Shown: positions 38,890 through 51,172 of the stretch, in pieces
Layout: every line of letters starts with the position of its first letter
Numbering within the stretch: position 1 is the stretch's first letter
Assembly (NCBI GenBank): GCA_028023455.1
Contig: JAQFVV010000005.1
Span: 6,758,001 to 6,822,000 of the forward strand
Direction of reading: 5' to 3'
DNA length: 64,000 nucleotides
Origin: Epiperipatus broadwayi
Lineage: Eukaryota > Animalia > Onychophora
The notes under the pieces: model-generated
The model's database searches: none
Told to the model about the DNA's origin: nothing
The model's input: only the letters and a program-made list of their open reading frames with translations
Translations under genes and position numbers: made by a program

Positions 38890-39298
38890 TTTCAAAAGGA
38901 AATTTTATTCACAAACCATAAGAATCATTTACAAAAGGAAGGACAAATACATATTGATCTCAAATGAGACCAGTCAACACAAAGGCAATTAATTTCATGT
39001 CAATTACATTAAGACTTTATATTCTTTTCATCATCGGTATTACATTTTATTTTAGATTTATTAGGGCCCAGATCTGGTTGAATGTCCAATTCTGTGAAAA
39101 TTTTTGGTCTAATTCTTTTATTTCTTTTAGTAATTGTAAAGACATTTTCATCATGTCATATTCTTCTCCACTCTCGAAGATAGTCTTATTTCTCAAAGAC
39201 CAAATGGAAAAATTTATGAATGTTGCCAATCTTATGACCCCAAAATGTCGACTCTTGAAGGCCTTAGTCAAATTTACACAAGCTGATTCTTTGTAATT
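38890..39298 (-). pseudogene. L1/Tx1-type LINE 3' fragment nested in the pseudo-LTR
   Basis: ORF 39047-39271 contains FINFSIWSLRNKTIFE, resembling the IWxxRNxxxF motif at the end of L1/Tx1 ORF2. Confidence 0.5.
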
Positions 39299-39448
39299 TT
39301 TTTTATTTTATTTAAATATTCCAAATATATTCAACTGTTAATAATGTCACAGCAAACAGGTTAGTACATGCACCAACTGTTAGTAATATCACAGCAAACA
39401 GGTTAGTATATGCACTAACTGTTATCATAGCAAACAGGTTAGTTTGTG

Positions 39449-39491
39449 CACAACATTTCAGGAGGTATTATTCTCCCCTGTTCTTCAGGTG
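39449..39491 (-). ncRNA. Minimal hammerhead motif in a Penelope pLTR
   Basis: CAC CTGAAGA AC-AGGGG-AGAATAATAC-CTCCT GAAA TGTT GTG; TGTT is probably a CpG-decayed CGTT. Confidence 0.6.
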
Positions 39492-39518
39492 TTGCTGGCC
39501 TGACCAGTGACAGTACTA

Positions 39519-39599
39519 GCATGGGATTCGAACCTGGGTCCCTAGATTCTTGATTATTGAAATTTTTAAGGTAACGCTCTAACCAACAGCCATCCTGCC
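39519..39599 (-). ncRNA. tRNA-derived segment (A and B boxes) inside the pLTR
   Basis: GGCAGGATGGCTGTTGGTTAGAGCG ... CCCAGGTTCGAATCCC; not a complete cloverleaf. Confidence 0.65.
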
Positions 39600-39751
39600 A
39601 AAGGCAACAGTCAGTAGAAATCTTCATATATTTAACTATGAGGTTCCTCCTGATTTCTCCCCTTTTTCCTAAGAGCAAAGTTGATTAGTGGTTTTCATAC
39701 ATTATGTATAGTCACACTAGGTTGGCTTGTGGGATTTTTTGCCATTGTCAT

Positions 39752-39900
39752 GTGATATTACTAACAATTAGTGCATATACTAACCTGTTTGCTGTGATAT
39801 TACTAACAATTGGTGCATATACTAACTTGTTTACTGTGATATTACTAACAGTTGGTGCATATACTAACCTGTTTGCTGTGATATTACTAACAGTTGAATG
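39752..39900 (+). repeat. 42-bp tandem repeats (about 3.5 copies; about 2.5 antisense copies at 39338-39445)
   Basis: gtgatattactaac... starts at 39752, 39794, 39836 and 39878. Confidence 0.85.
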
Positions 39901-40220
39901 TATTTGGAATATTTAAATAAATTAAATTTTTCTAAAAGACATTCAACACACAAATTAGATGATGGAAATAGTCCAATATAAAAATACAAATAAAAACTTA
40001 CTTCAAGCAGCATACATGTAAAAAAATCACTAAAGATGAAAATACCATTATAAATTATAATCTTGAATAAACTACTTTAAAGTGAGAAGCTTCAATTTGA
40101 AAACATCGCTGCATCTGATTTTGTTTTGTTTACTAATACAATTAATATAATAAGGAATTTATATAGCACTATATTAAAAATTATAATTGTAAATTAGCGA
40201 TCAGGCTAATGCACATGCAC

Positions 40221-40425
40221 TCTCATTCTCAAACACAAGAATGATATATTTCGCAAGCGTCTTTCATTCAAGCATAATAAAGTAATTTAAAGTGACTGCT
40301 TAATATCTTCACACTCTCATCTCCAAACATTTAAGATTGGCCCATACTTAAACATTTGGGTTGAAAATATAGGTGATTCATTCTATCTTTTCATAAAGAT
40401 TTTATCTTGTATTTGAGAATGAGAG
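40221..40425. repeat. Small MITE-like inverted repeat
   Basis: actctcattctcaaacacaag at ~40221 versus cttgtatttgagaatgagagt at ~40405. Confidence 0.4.
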
Positions 40426-40832
40426 TATTCATGTACATATAATTTTAAATACAATTAATGAATTTTTTTTCTTTTTTGTATATGTAGCATAATTACATAT
40501 ATATTATACCATCTAATTAATTTTAAAATTAAATCATTACAATTTAGTTATTTATTATACTAGTGATTTTTAATTTATTTATTCCATCGACCCTGAGATC
40601 CCTGAGCTAGTTGGATATTTTTTTTACTATATCATTTTATTCTCCAAACATCAAAAGCTTAAAGAACATTCTGATTGTTTAAATGCTAATACAATACTCT
40701 GAAATTGTATTTATAAATTGGGCTACTTCCATCATCTAATATAAAATATTAAATGTCTTCAGAAAAATTTAACTTTATTTAAATTTTCAAAGTACATTCA
40801 ACTGTTATTAATAGCACACAGGTTAATATATG

Positions 40833-40875
40833 CACAACATTTCAAGAGATATTATTTTCCTCTCTTCTTCATGTA
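40833..40875 (-). ncRNA. Hammerhead motif (C3>A) in the inverted pLTR
   Basis: TAC ATGAAGA A-GAGAG-GAAAATAATAT-CTCTT GAAA TGTT GTG; tRNA-like head at 40903-40982 with TGGCTCAGTTGGTTAGAGCG. Confidence 0.5.
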
Positions 40876-42250
40876 TTGCTCGGCTGACCAGTGACAGTAT
40901 TTCATGGGAATTGAATCTGAAGTCTTAGATTCTTGAATATTGAATTTTAAGGTAACGCTCTAACCAACTGAGCCATCATGCCAAAGACAATAATCAGCAT
41001 GAGGTTCCTCCTGATATCTCCACTTTTTTTAAGAGCAAAAAAGTGTTGTCTATTATAAGAAAAAGATTAAATAGTGATTACAGCTTACAACCAAAACAAC
41101 TCTTTCTATTGATAGTATAACGGAACTATTAACAATTTGCATAAAAACAACCTAGTTTGAATATAATACAGAATTCTTCCAACAAAATCAAAGATTAACT
41201 ATGGACTCACCATTGTCATCCCTGATTAGCAATATTTCCATGGAAGAACTTGAAACCACAATCATAAAGGGTACTCCATATCCACTTAAAGTTTGGCTTT
41301 GCTATTTTGATGATACATTTGTTGTATGGCCACATGGTTGAGCATTACTACAAATTTTCTGTAAACACATCAACAGCAAATTTTCTTCAATTAAATTTAC
41401 AATAGAATCAGAACAAGAACAAAAATTGATATTCATATATATTATTGTGACAAGACTCCCTCATGGCAAAATCAAAACTACAATTTACAGAAAACCCACA
41501 CATACAGGAAAATACTTAACATATATATCCAGTCACACCAGAAACACAAAACATGGAGTTATACTACAATTATGGACCAGAGCAAAATAAGTTTCAGAAA
41601 CCAACAATTTGAAAAAATAAAAGATTTATATGGAACAAACTCTTATGAAAAATGATTATCCACCAGCTGTTAGTAAGAAAATCTTAAATAGATAACAAAA
41701 AGAACCATCCAAAGAAAAAACAATTATTAGTATTGTAGTGTATCCATACATACCAAAATTAGCAGACAAAGAAAATCTGCAATCAGTATAACATCAGAAC
41801 AGCTTTCCAGAGCCATATCACATTATGAGGAATTCAAGCATCTATAAAGCCTCAAGTTGAAATGCTGAAAAGCAAAAACTGCATCTGTGAAATATTGTGT
41901 GAATGTAGAATATATATTGGTGAGACCAGACACTCCACTGAAAAGTGATTGCAAGAGCACAAACTGATGTTAAGAAAAGAGAAAACATGTGTCTAAGGTA
42001 GCAGACCTTGTATGTACCGATCAACATATGTTAAATTGGGATAATACAAAAATATTGGATAGGGAGGAAAAGGTACAAAGAAAATTTAAAGAAGCTGCTC
42101 ACATGACTGGTGATTAACGCCATAAGTCAACCTAGTTGTAATTATACATAATGTACGGAAACCACTAATCAACTTTGCTCTTAGGGAAAAGTGGAAAAAT
42201 AACGAGGAACCTCATAGATAAATATACAAAATTTCTACTGATCTGCCTTT

Positions 42251-42394
42251 GGCAGGATGGCTTAATTGGTTAGAGTATTATCATAAAATTCAAGAATCTA
42301 ACGGTCGAAGTTCTACTCCTATGCTATTACTGCCACTGGTCAGGCCAGCAACATCTGAAGAAAAGAGGAGAATAATATCTCTTGAAACATTGTG
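42251..42394 (+). ncRNA. tRNA-like head followed by a hammerhead motif in the direct pLTR
   Basis: GGCAGGATGGCTTAATTGGTTAGAG (42251) ... CAT CTGAAGA A-AAGAG-GAGAATAATAT-CTCTT GAAA CATT GTG (42352-42394). Confidence 0.6.
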
Positions 42395-43699
42395 CACATA
42401 TTAACCTGTTTACTATTACTTACAGTTGAATATATTTTGAAAATTTATACAAAATTAAATTTTTCTAAAGACATTCAATACTTTATAGTAGATGATGAAA
42501 ATACTCCAATTTATAAATGCAACTAAAATACCATCATCACAAATCTTCAGGAAAACAGTACTCAGAGATTTTTTCAATTTTAAATTACTATTCAAAATAA
42601 AATCTTTGAGTTTTGATCATTTTGATTTATTGTTAATAAAGGTTTACTTTGATTTTTAATTTTAAAGCACAATTATTTTTTCTGTATTTTCCATTGACTT
42701 AACCTTGATAAAGCCTGAGAGATTATTCCTGTACAAATATCGTTAATGTTTTAAATTACTTTATTATATATTATAAAAGAATGATTGATGCAACTTTGTT
42801 ATTATTTGAAATTAAACTTATGTTATCTAGTTTAGTAGAAATAACAATCAAAATCAGGACAAATATTTTGATTAATTTAATAAACAATTAGCTAATTAAT
42901 GAAATGTATATATTAGTGTAACAATGTTTATTTGAGCTATCTTTGGAATCTAGCACTAGGAGTATTTAAGATCTTTTCTTGTGAATATTCCAGTTAATTT
43001 AGTATGGTACCTGGGGTTCTTATCCCCAGTATAAATAACAAGTATTCATGAGAGAGGTACTTTACTTCTAGCATTTATAAAGTGGGTATAATGGTCTGAA
43101 AAGTTGGCCTCAGTCAGTGTATACATAGACAATCTCAGTCTGACCATTAGTATAGTAAATATGTAAAATATTGACTATATCTTCCTCTGCTTGTTTAACA
43201 ATTTGGTTATAAATTTATTAAAAAATAAAACATGATGTTCCTTAGTAATACATACAAATTATTACAAAGATACAATTTTCTTATTGATCAGATATTTACA
43301 ATTATTTTACCTGAAAGCTATACAAATAATAATAAATCAAAGAATTCTTTGATAATCCTAGATCCATTTTGAAATTGTTGGAAACGGATCTCTCTAGAAC
43401 TAAAAACAGTTCTTAACAAGCATGTTATTAGCAGAAAAGCAATGGGTAAAAGGACAGGTATCTTGGATTTGCTCTTCTATTGTTACTTCTAAAGCATTTG
43501 TTCTGTGCAGTAAATTTAACTATGGTGGGGAGGGGGGTATTTAGATGTAGTTAAAAAGTTTTAATAAAATTCCCCTCTAATTATATAACATTTTCTCATT
43601 GCACAGAACTAGTGTTATGCATAATATAATATTTAAATATCTTCGCAGATTTTTTTTGTCTTTGAGATCTCAGCAGTTTTCCTGCTCTGCATTCTTATA

Positions 43700-44700
43700 T
43701 ATTTAATTGTTGGTATTTACTGCTTTATTCTTGTTTGATTCTATCGCTATATTATCTTCTACTGATGTAATGTTGGTCTGCTTTCTTATGTAGTTTATGA
43801 GGTTCAGGGTATTTGGTTTCTGATTCAATCTATTTTTATGGCTGGTGACTACTAGTTTTTCTGCAATTTTCCAGTTTCTGGCATTCGGTAGCATATGTGA
43901 TTTATATGTTTTTTTATAAATCATATTATCTTCATTTAGCACAATTACAGCATATTTCGATATTAAGTTAGTAATTTCTCATTCATCTCATGTTTATGCA
44001 AATTATCTCTAATCTGTACTTTGTCCTTGACATTAAATTTTTACCAGTCTGTTGTTAAAATCATATGCATATCTCTTAAGAGTAAAAGACTTATTTCTGT
44101 TCTCAATTTTTATTAGTAATTCAGATGCTGATTTTCTACTGGCAGCAGAATATTGGTATAATAATATCAAGTCAATTCTCTTCCACTTTAGTGGAAATTT
44201 TTTTTTTTCAATACAAGCTTCAGAATGTTTTCTGTCAATCCATTGGATTCTGGATAATATGATGGTGAATACATGCTTAATTCCCCAAGTTTGTAAAAAT
44301 TCTTCAGGTTTTTCTGAAGTAAATCCAGAGCTATTATTCACAAGTAGTACCTATAAATAAGCATATCCTGAAAAAATTTTCATTTAGTTTATTACAAAAG
44401 AAGCAAGCATCAAATACTAAGAAAGTATGACCTATAAAAAGACCATCATTGTGAACACTTTGCCATGGATTTGGAGCCTGCAACCATGGATTTATATTCA
44501 TTCTTAAGTAATTGTGCCTTTGATTGAAGAGCAATGAACTTTTTCATAAATATTTCAATGACTTCATTAATTTTAGGTTGCCGGATGTAGCTCCTAGGGA
44601 ATGCCTCAGCACTTGTCTGATGTATAATATTTTGACTATTTTGCTGTGACCTTGTGGAAATATTTTTCTAAATAATAAGAAACATTGGTTTTAAAAAGAA
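43700..44700 (-). pseudogene. Old Gypsy integrase remnant
   Basis: PWLQAPNPWQSVHND...FLVFDA; NNSSGFTSEKPEEFLQTWGIKH; RKSASELL; multiple frameshifts. Confidence 0.7.
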
Positions 44701-47700
44701 ATATAAAAATAATTTATACTCTCTCATATATAAAATTTTTAAACTGAACTTTTTGTAGCCATTTTTTTTTTAAATTTGGGAATCCTTCATATTATAAACT
44801 TCAGTTCTAAAACACACAGCATATGATTAATCTTATTGCTCTTATAACAAAAGCTAAATCACAAGTAGCCTGTATGACTTTTTTAAGTTATCATGGAAAT
44901 TATCACAGGTTAATAGCAGGCAATTTGAACTATCTCCTTGTCTCTGTCTTTGCATTGGAATAATATCAGTTTTGTCTTTCTTAATATTTATGAATTATAT
45001 AATTTATATTAAGCAGAAGAATATCATTAAATGTCTATTTCATTTCATGAAATAATGACACTCATTCATAGTAGTGCTTGATGACCCATGATAATTATCA
45101 TTTTGAGGCCAAAAACATTTAAATGCTTAAAATTTACTGAAGTGTTTATACAACAATATTTAAATGTTGCTCTTGTTATAAACTGATTGGAAAAAAGTCT
45201 TATTGAAAATAATTGATGTCAGTTTCATTTTAAAAAAAGCATCTTTTTAAATTGAAAACTTTAATTAACCTTATGATTAAAATTTTTAATCTTTTGAACT
45301 CTAGATAGAATAATGTGAATATTATTCAGACATTGAAAGTATAATGTCTTGAGAATCATTCGAATATATTATACTGTTATGAATTATAAACTTCAATGGT
45401 GAAGAAATCCCTGAGAGACTTTATAATTTGTAGAAATGATGTACTTAAATATATTTCTTATATCGAATGTTTTCATTTTCTAAAATTGACAAACCATCAG
45501 TCAGAAATATTTGATTGAAAATATTTTTTTATTTTTAAATTAATAATGATCTGAATTTTTTTTCTCCACAATGCCCATTAGTTAATTAAGATGTCAACAT
45601 ATCTAAATATAAGTTACTTTTGATCAGATCTTTCTATATGTTATCCAGAAATATGGATGGCAGATATGTAAATATGCGTTTTTTGACACACTATCTTTGT
45701 TTAATTTTAGCTGTAGGATTTTTCTACTCACTGCAATCTTACCTGTGTTTGCCTTTGATTATACTACAACTTTTGTTCTGCTTGCTCTTGTTCATTCACT
45801 ATTATTTGTTCTATTATTTTCATTCTTTTTTTGCTCATTTTCTTTTCTTCTGTAGTTGTTTTGGCTCATGTATTATTCGTTGATTTCATTTGCATCTGCA
45901 CAATTTTCCTCTAAATGTTTTTAGATCAACTATCTTTTGTTTTAATTTATCTGGTTTATCTTTAATCAGTTGATTCATTACTTTTATTTGCCTTTGGCTC
46001 ACTTTCTATCTTTTGGTGCAACTATTCTAAACAATCTTTTATTTTATGTATTAATTGTTCTTCTTCATTCTTTTTCATCTGATCCACTACTTGTACTTTA
46101 AGCTGTTCTTGCTTACTTTCTATCTTTTCCTCTATTTTTATCTGATTTTTGCTGCCATTGGTTTGAGACATCTATCTTTTGTATCAGCTAATCAAATTGC
46201 AAATTCATTTGTTTTTCTGCATTTTCTATTTTTTGATTCATCTTTCTACATTGCAATTTCATTTGCTTGTGTCCCATTTCTATCTTTTCTCTGATATAAA
46301 TGTTTTTCCATTTACTTAAATAATGTGCTGAGTATCTGTAGCATGTCATGTTGTAATGATGTTACAGCATTCATTCTCTTTAGTAGTTTTTGCTTCTCCA
46401 CCCTGTAATTTTTTTTCTTGATTTGAAGATTTTCTTTGCTTTGCAATAATTTATTTTATAAATTTTTAACTGGATTTATCTCTGATTATTCTATATTATT
46501 TTTTGGATCCATTTGCAACTTGATAAGTTCTTGTATGATGTTTTCTGTCTGTATTCTTCTGTCTTGTCTGTTTATTTCAATGTTTTTATCCATTTCAGGT
46601 AGTAGGGTATTTATTACTATACAATTTCTTAATAACAGATTTACTGTACTTATAAACTCTTTCACACCTTCCCATTGCGTACCAAAAAATTAAATGATAC
46701 AATATTTTACTATGTAATAGTCAGGTAAATTGACTTGGGTGTGACCTGACACTTGTCACCAGCAAATATTTCAGGGTATGCCTTATTTCTGTATTAACCT
46801 GAGTAGAAAGATTTTCTCCTCTTTATGTGAAGAATAAAGTGATCAATATATCATTCAGTGTCTGTAATACCTAGGCAAATCATGTTTCTCATGAATTACT
46901 ATAGATGAAATGGAACATGGAATTGATATATAGACCAGACAATTTTAATATAAAATAACCTAAACTGCACATTATTTAAATAAATAATGAAAAAATATAC
47001 TCTGCTAGAACAATTATACAATTCATTAACCATTATTTATCTATCATATATTCATTAAGTTATTATTAATTTTTTAAATTATACTTTCTAATTTATATGA
47101 AATTCATCATTATGATTATAGCTTAATCTAATGTTATTTAAATAACCAGCAATGATATTTCCATACTAGTCACCTTTAAATTATTGTTTAGCTTATGATT
47201 TATGAATACATGTGAAAAGACAAATAAAAAACTAACAATTCTTCTAAAATGTCCAAGGTTTATTTTAATTAACTTTAAAATGGTAATCTTACAATCACAG
47301 TTTAGCTTATAAAATAAAATTATATGATTGAGTATTGCTTGTCATTAAATATATCCCCATACCTTTAATGGATTGGGGATAAAATCCTATGTGTGGTTGA
47401 CTACCATATATTACATAGGAAATAAAATTTTGTCTACCAAATACACTTTCAGTTCAAATTTTGGTAAACATATTTACTTACTTTTATTTACTCCTCATAA
47501 TTGAAATATTGTCTTCTATGGGTCCTACTTTTAAAAAAAAACAACTCTTATCACTTACATACGTCTATAATCATGACAGAATATTTCTTAGCAGGATTTA
47601 TTTTTGTAGTTTATTGTAAGGCTTCATAATTCGGCTCGCATTTTGACAACATGTACATAAATTTAATTTATTTTTCCTATTGTTATATTTTCTTTTCCAA

Positions 47701-47963
47701 AGCAAAATAAAATGTCATTCACATGTTGTAATTTTTCTCTGACTTACAAATTTGTTTGATGCAAATCTGCGTAAATATTTGCTGGTAGGTATCATTTTTT
47801 TAAATTGCATTATGGGTGGAGTTTTTTAAAAATAGCATTTTAGGTTAACACATATTGGATCCAAGGTAGATTTCAGGCACTCAGTGACTTTTCCCTTTCT
47901 TACCCAGCTCAGAATTAAGAGCTAAGAATTAAGTATGTCTTTCTAAATAAAAACCTGCTTATA

Positions 47964-48680
47964 TACACACAGGAATCCAAAAATAACCAGAATTTTGTAA
48001 TAAAAAATTGTATATTTACTTTGAAGTGTTGCAAGTTGAATTGCTTTAAAAAGTATAGTCTATTTAATTCAATGCACTGGTCTAAACCAGTTTGTCATTT
48101 TTTGAAGTAGTCCAGAAACCCTTGGAAAGTAATGTGTTTTAATGTTTCTATCCCCCCCCTCCCAGTTCTAATTCCACAAAAAAAAAAAAATTGAGACATT
48201 TTTTTCATTTGAGAGATTAAAAAAAAAAATCACAATAAGTGAGATCAAGTAAAGACAGTTGTTAGATAAGCTGGGTCATGCTGAATTTAATTAAAAACTG
48301 TTTCATACTCAGGGCTTTGAGTGATAACACTGTTGGGGTGGAATTTGCATTCTTTTCTTTGCACAAAATGGGTTGTTTATGTTTTACTGTACCATGAAAA
48401 TATTCCAGAACTTGTAGATAAAATATCTGGCCATTACGAATTAAAACTGAGAGAAAAATGCCATTTGCATAAAAAAAAATATCGGCATTAATTCAACATT
48501 TCAGCCATTATAAAAAAAATTTGACAAATATGTGAAACACACTTTATGAATCCACGATTTCACACAGTGATATCATTTGGCAGATTAATGCAGAAGTTCT
48601 TAAAAGTATGTAACAGTAAAAGTATATACTACAACAGGTGTGTATATCAGAGTCTGGTTGTTTTTGAATCCTCCTGTTTA
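47964..48680 (-). mobile_element. Internally deleted mariner remnant
   Basis: Imperfect TIRs aggaatccaaaaataaccaga (47971) / tctggttgttttttgaatcct (48653), flanked by TA; minus-strand NANST...KQFLIK...LDLTYCDFFF resembles mariner DNA...SPDLAPCDFFLF. Confidence 0.6.
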
Positions 48681-49381
48681 TATATATATATATATTATTG
48701 ATCTCTTAATTAAAGATGTCCTTAATTCAATATATTCATATACTCATGTTGAGTAATGTACTAAACAGTTATAATGTAAGATTCATTTTGCAACAACAGT
48801 CCATATGAATCTTAATCATGATCAACAAATACTTTTGTCTAATTATTTAGAATAGTTTTTCACATTAGCCTTTAATAATTAACATTGTTTGACAGTATAG
48901 CCACTGAAGGAAGATCAATAAGCAGCTAGTACTTTAAAAATCACTTTGGCATTGTAATCTGGAATCTATTCATTACACATGGTTATATACATGACTCAGG
49001 GGGAGACTGATGTAAAATGGAATTCTATTGTGACATGGATTAAATATAAGCTAGAGAAGTCAGTGTGATTTTTGTTAGTAAAAGATGCAATTTTAATATA
49101 AATAATTAAATATATTTTATTTTTCAAATTTTTGATTTTGGATTATGTATTTGGTAAATGTTTTTATTACATTTCTTTGCACTTTAGTAAACTTTAGCAT
49201 CATGTCATTGGCATATAAAGTAAAAAATAAAATAAAGGTTTTTTTTTATCTTTGAAACTCATCAAGTTTTTAAAATTTCTGTCTTTACATATTCTAACAT
49301 TCATTGGTATAATTTAATACATTAAACCTACAAATTATTTTATATTTTAATGAAATTTTTTTAACACACATTTTTCAAAAT

Positions 49382-49812
49382 AACTATTGTTAAAACAGGC
49401 AAAACACTCCATACAGTAGTGCCACTCAATGCCAACCAGAGTAATCAATGGATGCCAAAAGGCTTGTGCATAAAATCCCTATCTAGTGCCTACTCATCCA
49501 ATATCCACAGACTAGTTTCTGGCTTGTGGCTTTTGTCAGTGAGGAGCTTTGGATCTGAGAACACTGCATCTAAATCTTAGGATCTAATGCAACCCTCCAG
49601 CAGCCACCTTTTATCTCTACTTAACTACAAAACTATGAGAATAAAATTGAAAACAATATTTTTAATCTAAGCTCAATAGCCTATATAGTCATATAGTCAT
49701 ATGGGTCTGAACCCAGTTTACTCTGGTTGGCAATACTATATGGAGAGTTTTGCCTGTTTTAATAACAGTAATGTGCTAGCATAAGAAATAGTGAGCATGT
49801 GATGTTTAGTGG
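49382..49812. mobile_element. ~450-bp hammerhead family copy with a short inverted arm
   Basis: Aligns to 7140-7450; switch at ~49718; hammerhead at 49504-49545 minus: TCCTCA CTGACAA AAGCCACAAGCCA GAAA CTAG TC TGTGGA. Confidence 0.8.
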
Positions 49813-51172
49813 AACATCTATCGTTTTCTAAAAAAAAACCTTTATACTGCCACATATAAAATATTTTTAGAAATGCTTTATGTATTTATTTTTTTTATTT
49901 GTTTAGGTTGGCCAAAATTCAAATTAAAGAAACTGCAGTTCTATAACATCAACAATTGTTCTCTATGAACATATAGATATTTTAATGACAGTATCTGGAA
50001 AACAAATAGACTATGTTTGATAAACCTATCTTTAGTGACTTATCTCAATTTATTGTTTAAAATATGACCAAATAAGATTAATTGCTGCTGATTTTAACTA
50101 TCTTCTTTTATAGTTTTTGATATTCCTATACATCAGTGATCATTTTGAGGAATAAAACAGGATGCAAAAGTCCGGATTGAAAATAATTGATAAGTGAACT
50201 TTTAGAAAATAATTTTTTAAATTGGAAATTTTAAATATATATTCACATAGAGAGAGGATAACATGAATGTTATTTCAAAATATTGGAAGGATAACTTTTT
50301 AAGTTATTCGAACTGAGACTGTCCAATTTGTATAAATATAATTAAAATTTCTGAATTATAATGAATGTTTTCAATTACTAATGTTGTTGGAGACCACCAG
50401 CACTGAGAAAAAAAACCCTTGTAATTATAAGAAATATTTTTGTCCAAAATTATTTTCATCAAAAAGTTTTTTTATTTATTATAATTCATATTTAACTAAG
50501 ATATTAATATCTTCATACATTGCATTTAATAATATTAATATTAAATTTTCTTATTTAAATAGACTTCATTAAAACATTCATTGAAAAAAAATTCCCACTT
50601 AGCATTTTGCTAATTTAATGAAAAACTATTATTAAACTATAAAATTTAAAATATATATAAAAATCTCTTTTACAAATAATAATAATAGAAAACTATTTTA
50701 TTTTAATGTATATCTACTATTGTGTTTGGTGTGAATTCCATTAAAAATATTTTTGACAAACTTAAAAAAGTTTTGATTAAAAAAAAATTTCAATACTATA
50801 TTTGTGAGTGAAAACTGCTGCACAAAATGATTGCATCAAGTATTTCAAAATGGATGAAAGTATATATATAAACTGAATGGGATTTGTATGATTTTAAAAT
50901 TGCACAAGTTCATGAAAATAAATTCTATAAAAGAATTCATGCAGTTTTAAAATTTAATCATTATTGCATTTATGATTATAAAGTTGTTATCATAAGTAAC
51001 TGTAAAATTCATGAAATAAGACATACAGGAGAATAAGTTTTACTAGCACCTAAATGACAACAGAACTTAGAAAAATAATTTTAAAATGTATGAAAGATCA
51101 TATACAAAAGAAAAACTTTCTATTGCAATACATATGACAATAAAACGACTGAAGGAATTTGTTTAAAAAAAC

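Larger units (their letters stand above)
38768..39985. mobile_element. Solo Penelope-type pseudo-LTR with inverted arm, interrupted by an insertion
   Basis: 39300-39732 and 38768-38885 are reverse complements of 42118-42560; 39752-39985 repeats the 3' part in sense orientation. Confidence 0.75.
40700..42560 (+). mobile_element. 5'-truncated Penelope-like element: inverted pLTR + RT/GIY-YIG remnant + direct pLTR
   Basis: 41201 onward reads MDSPLSSLISNISME...YFDDTF...IKFTIE...IYRKPTHTGKYL; ~41910 IYIGET...LQEH; ~42035 WDNTKILD...RKFKEA. 40700-41040 is an inverted copy of 42190-42530. Confidence 0.85.

Noticed and set aside
39519-39599. Functional tRNA gene
   Set aside because: The acceptor stem is incomplete, the anticodon arm is replaced by AT-rich sequence, and the segment lies inside a repeat.
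39752-39900. CRISPR-like array (also 4703-4905)
   Set aside because: Contiguous tandem repeats without unique spacers; no cas genes; eukaryotic context.
48900-48950. gcca CTGAAGG aag...ctt TAAA...tggc hammerhead-like string
   Set aside because: Two core mismatches, a weak stem II and no related copy in the window.
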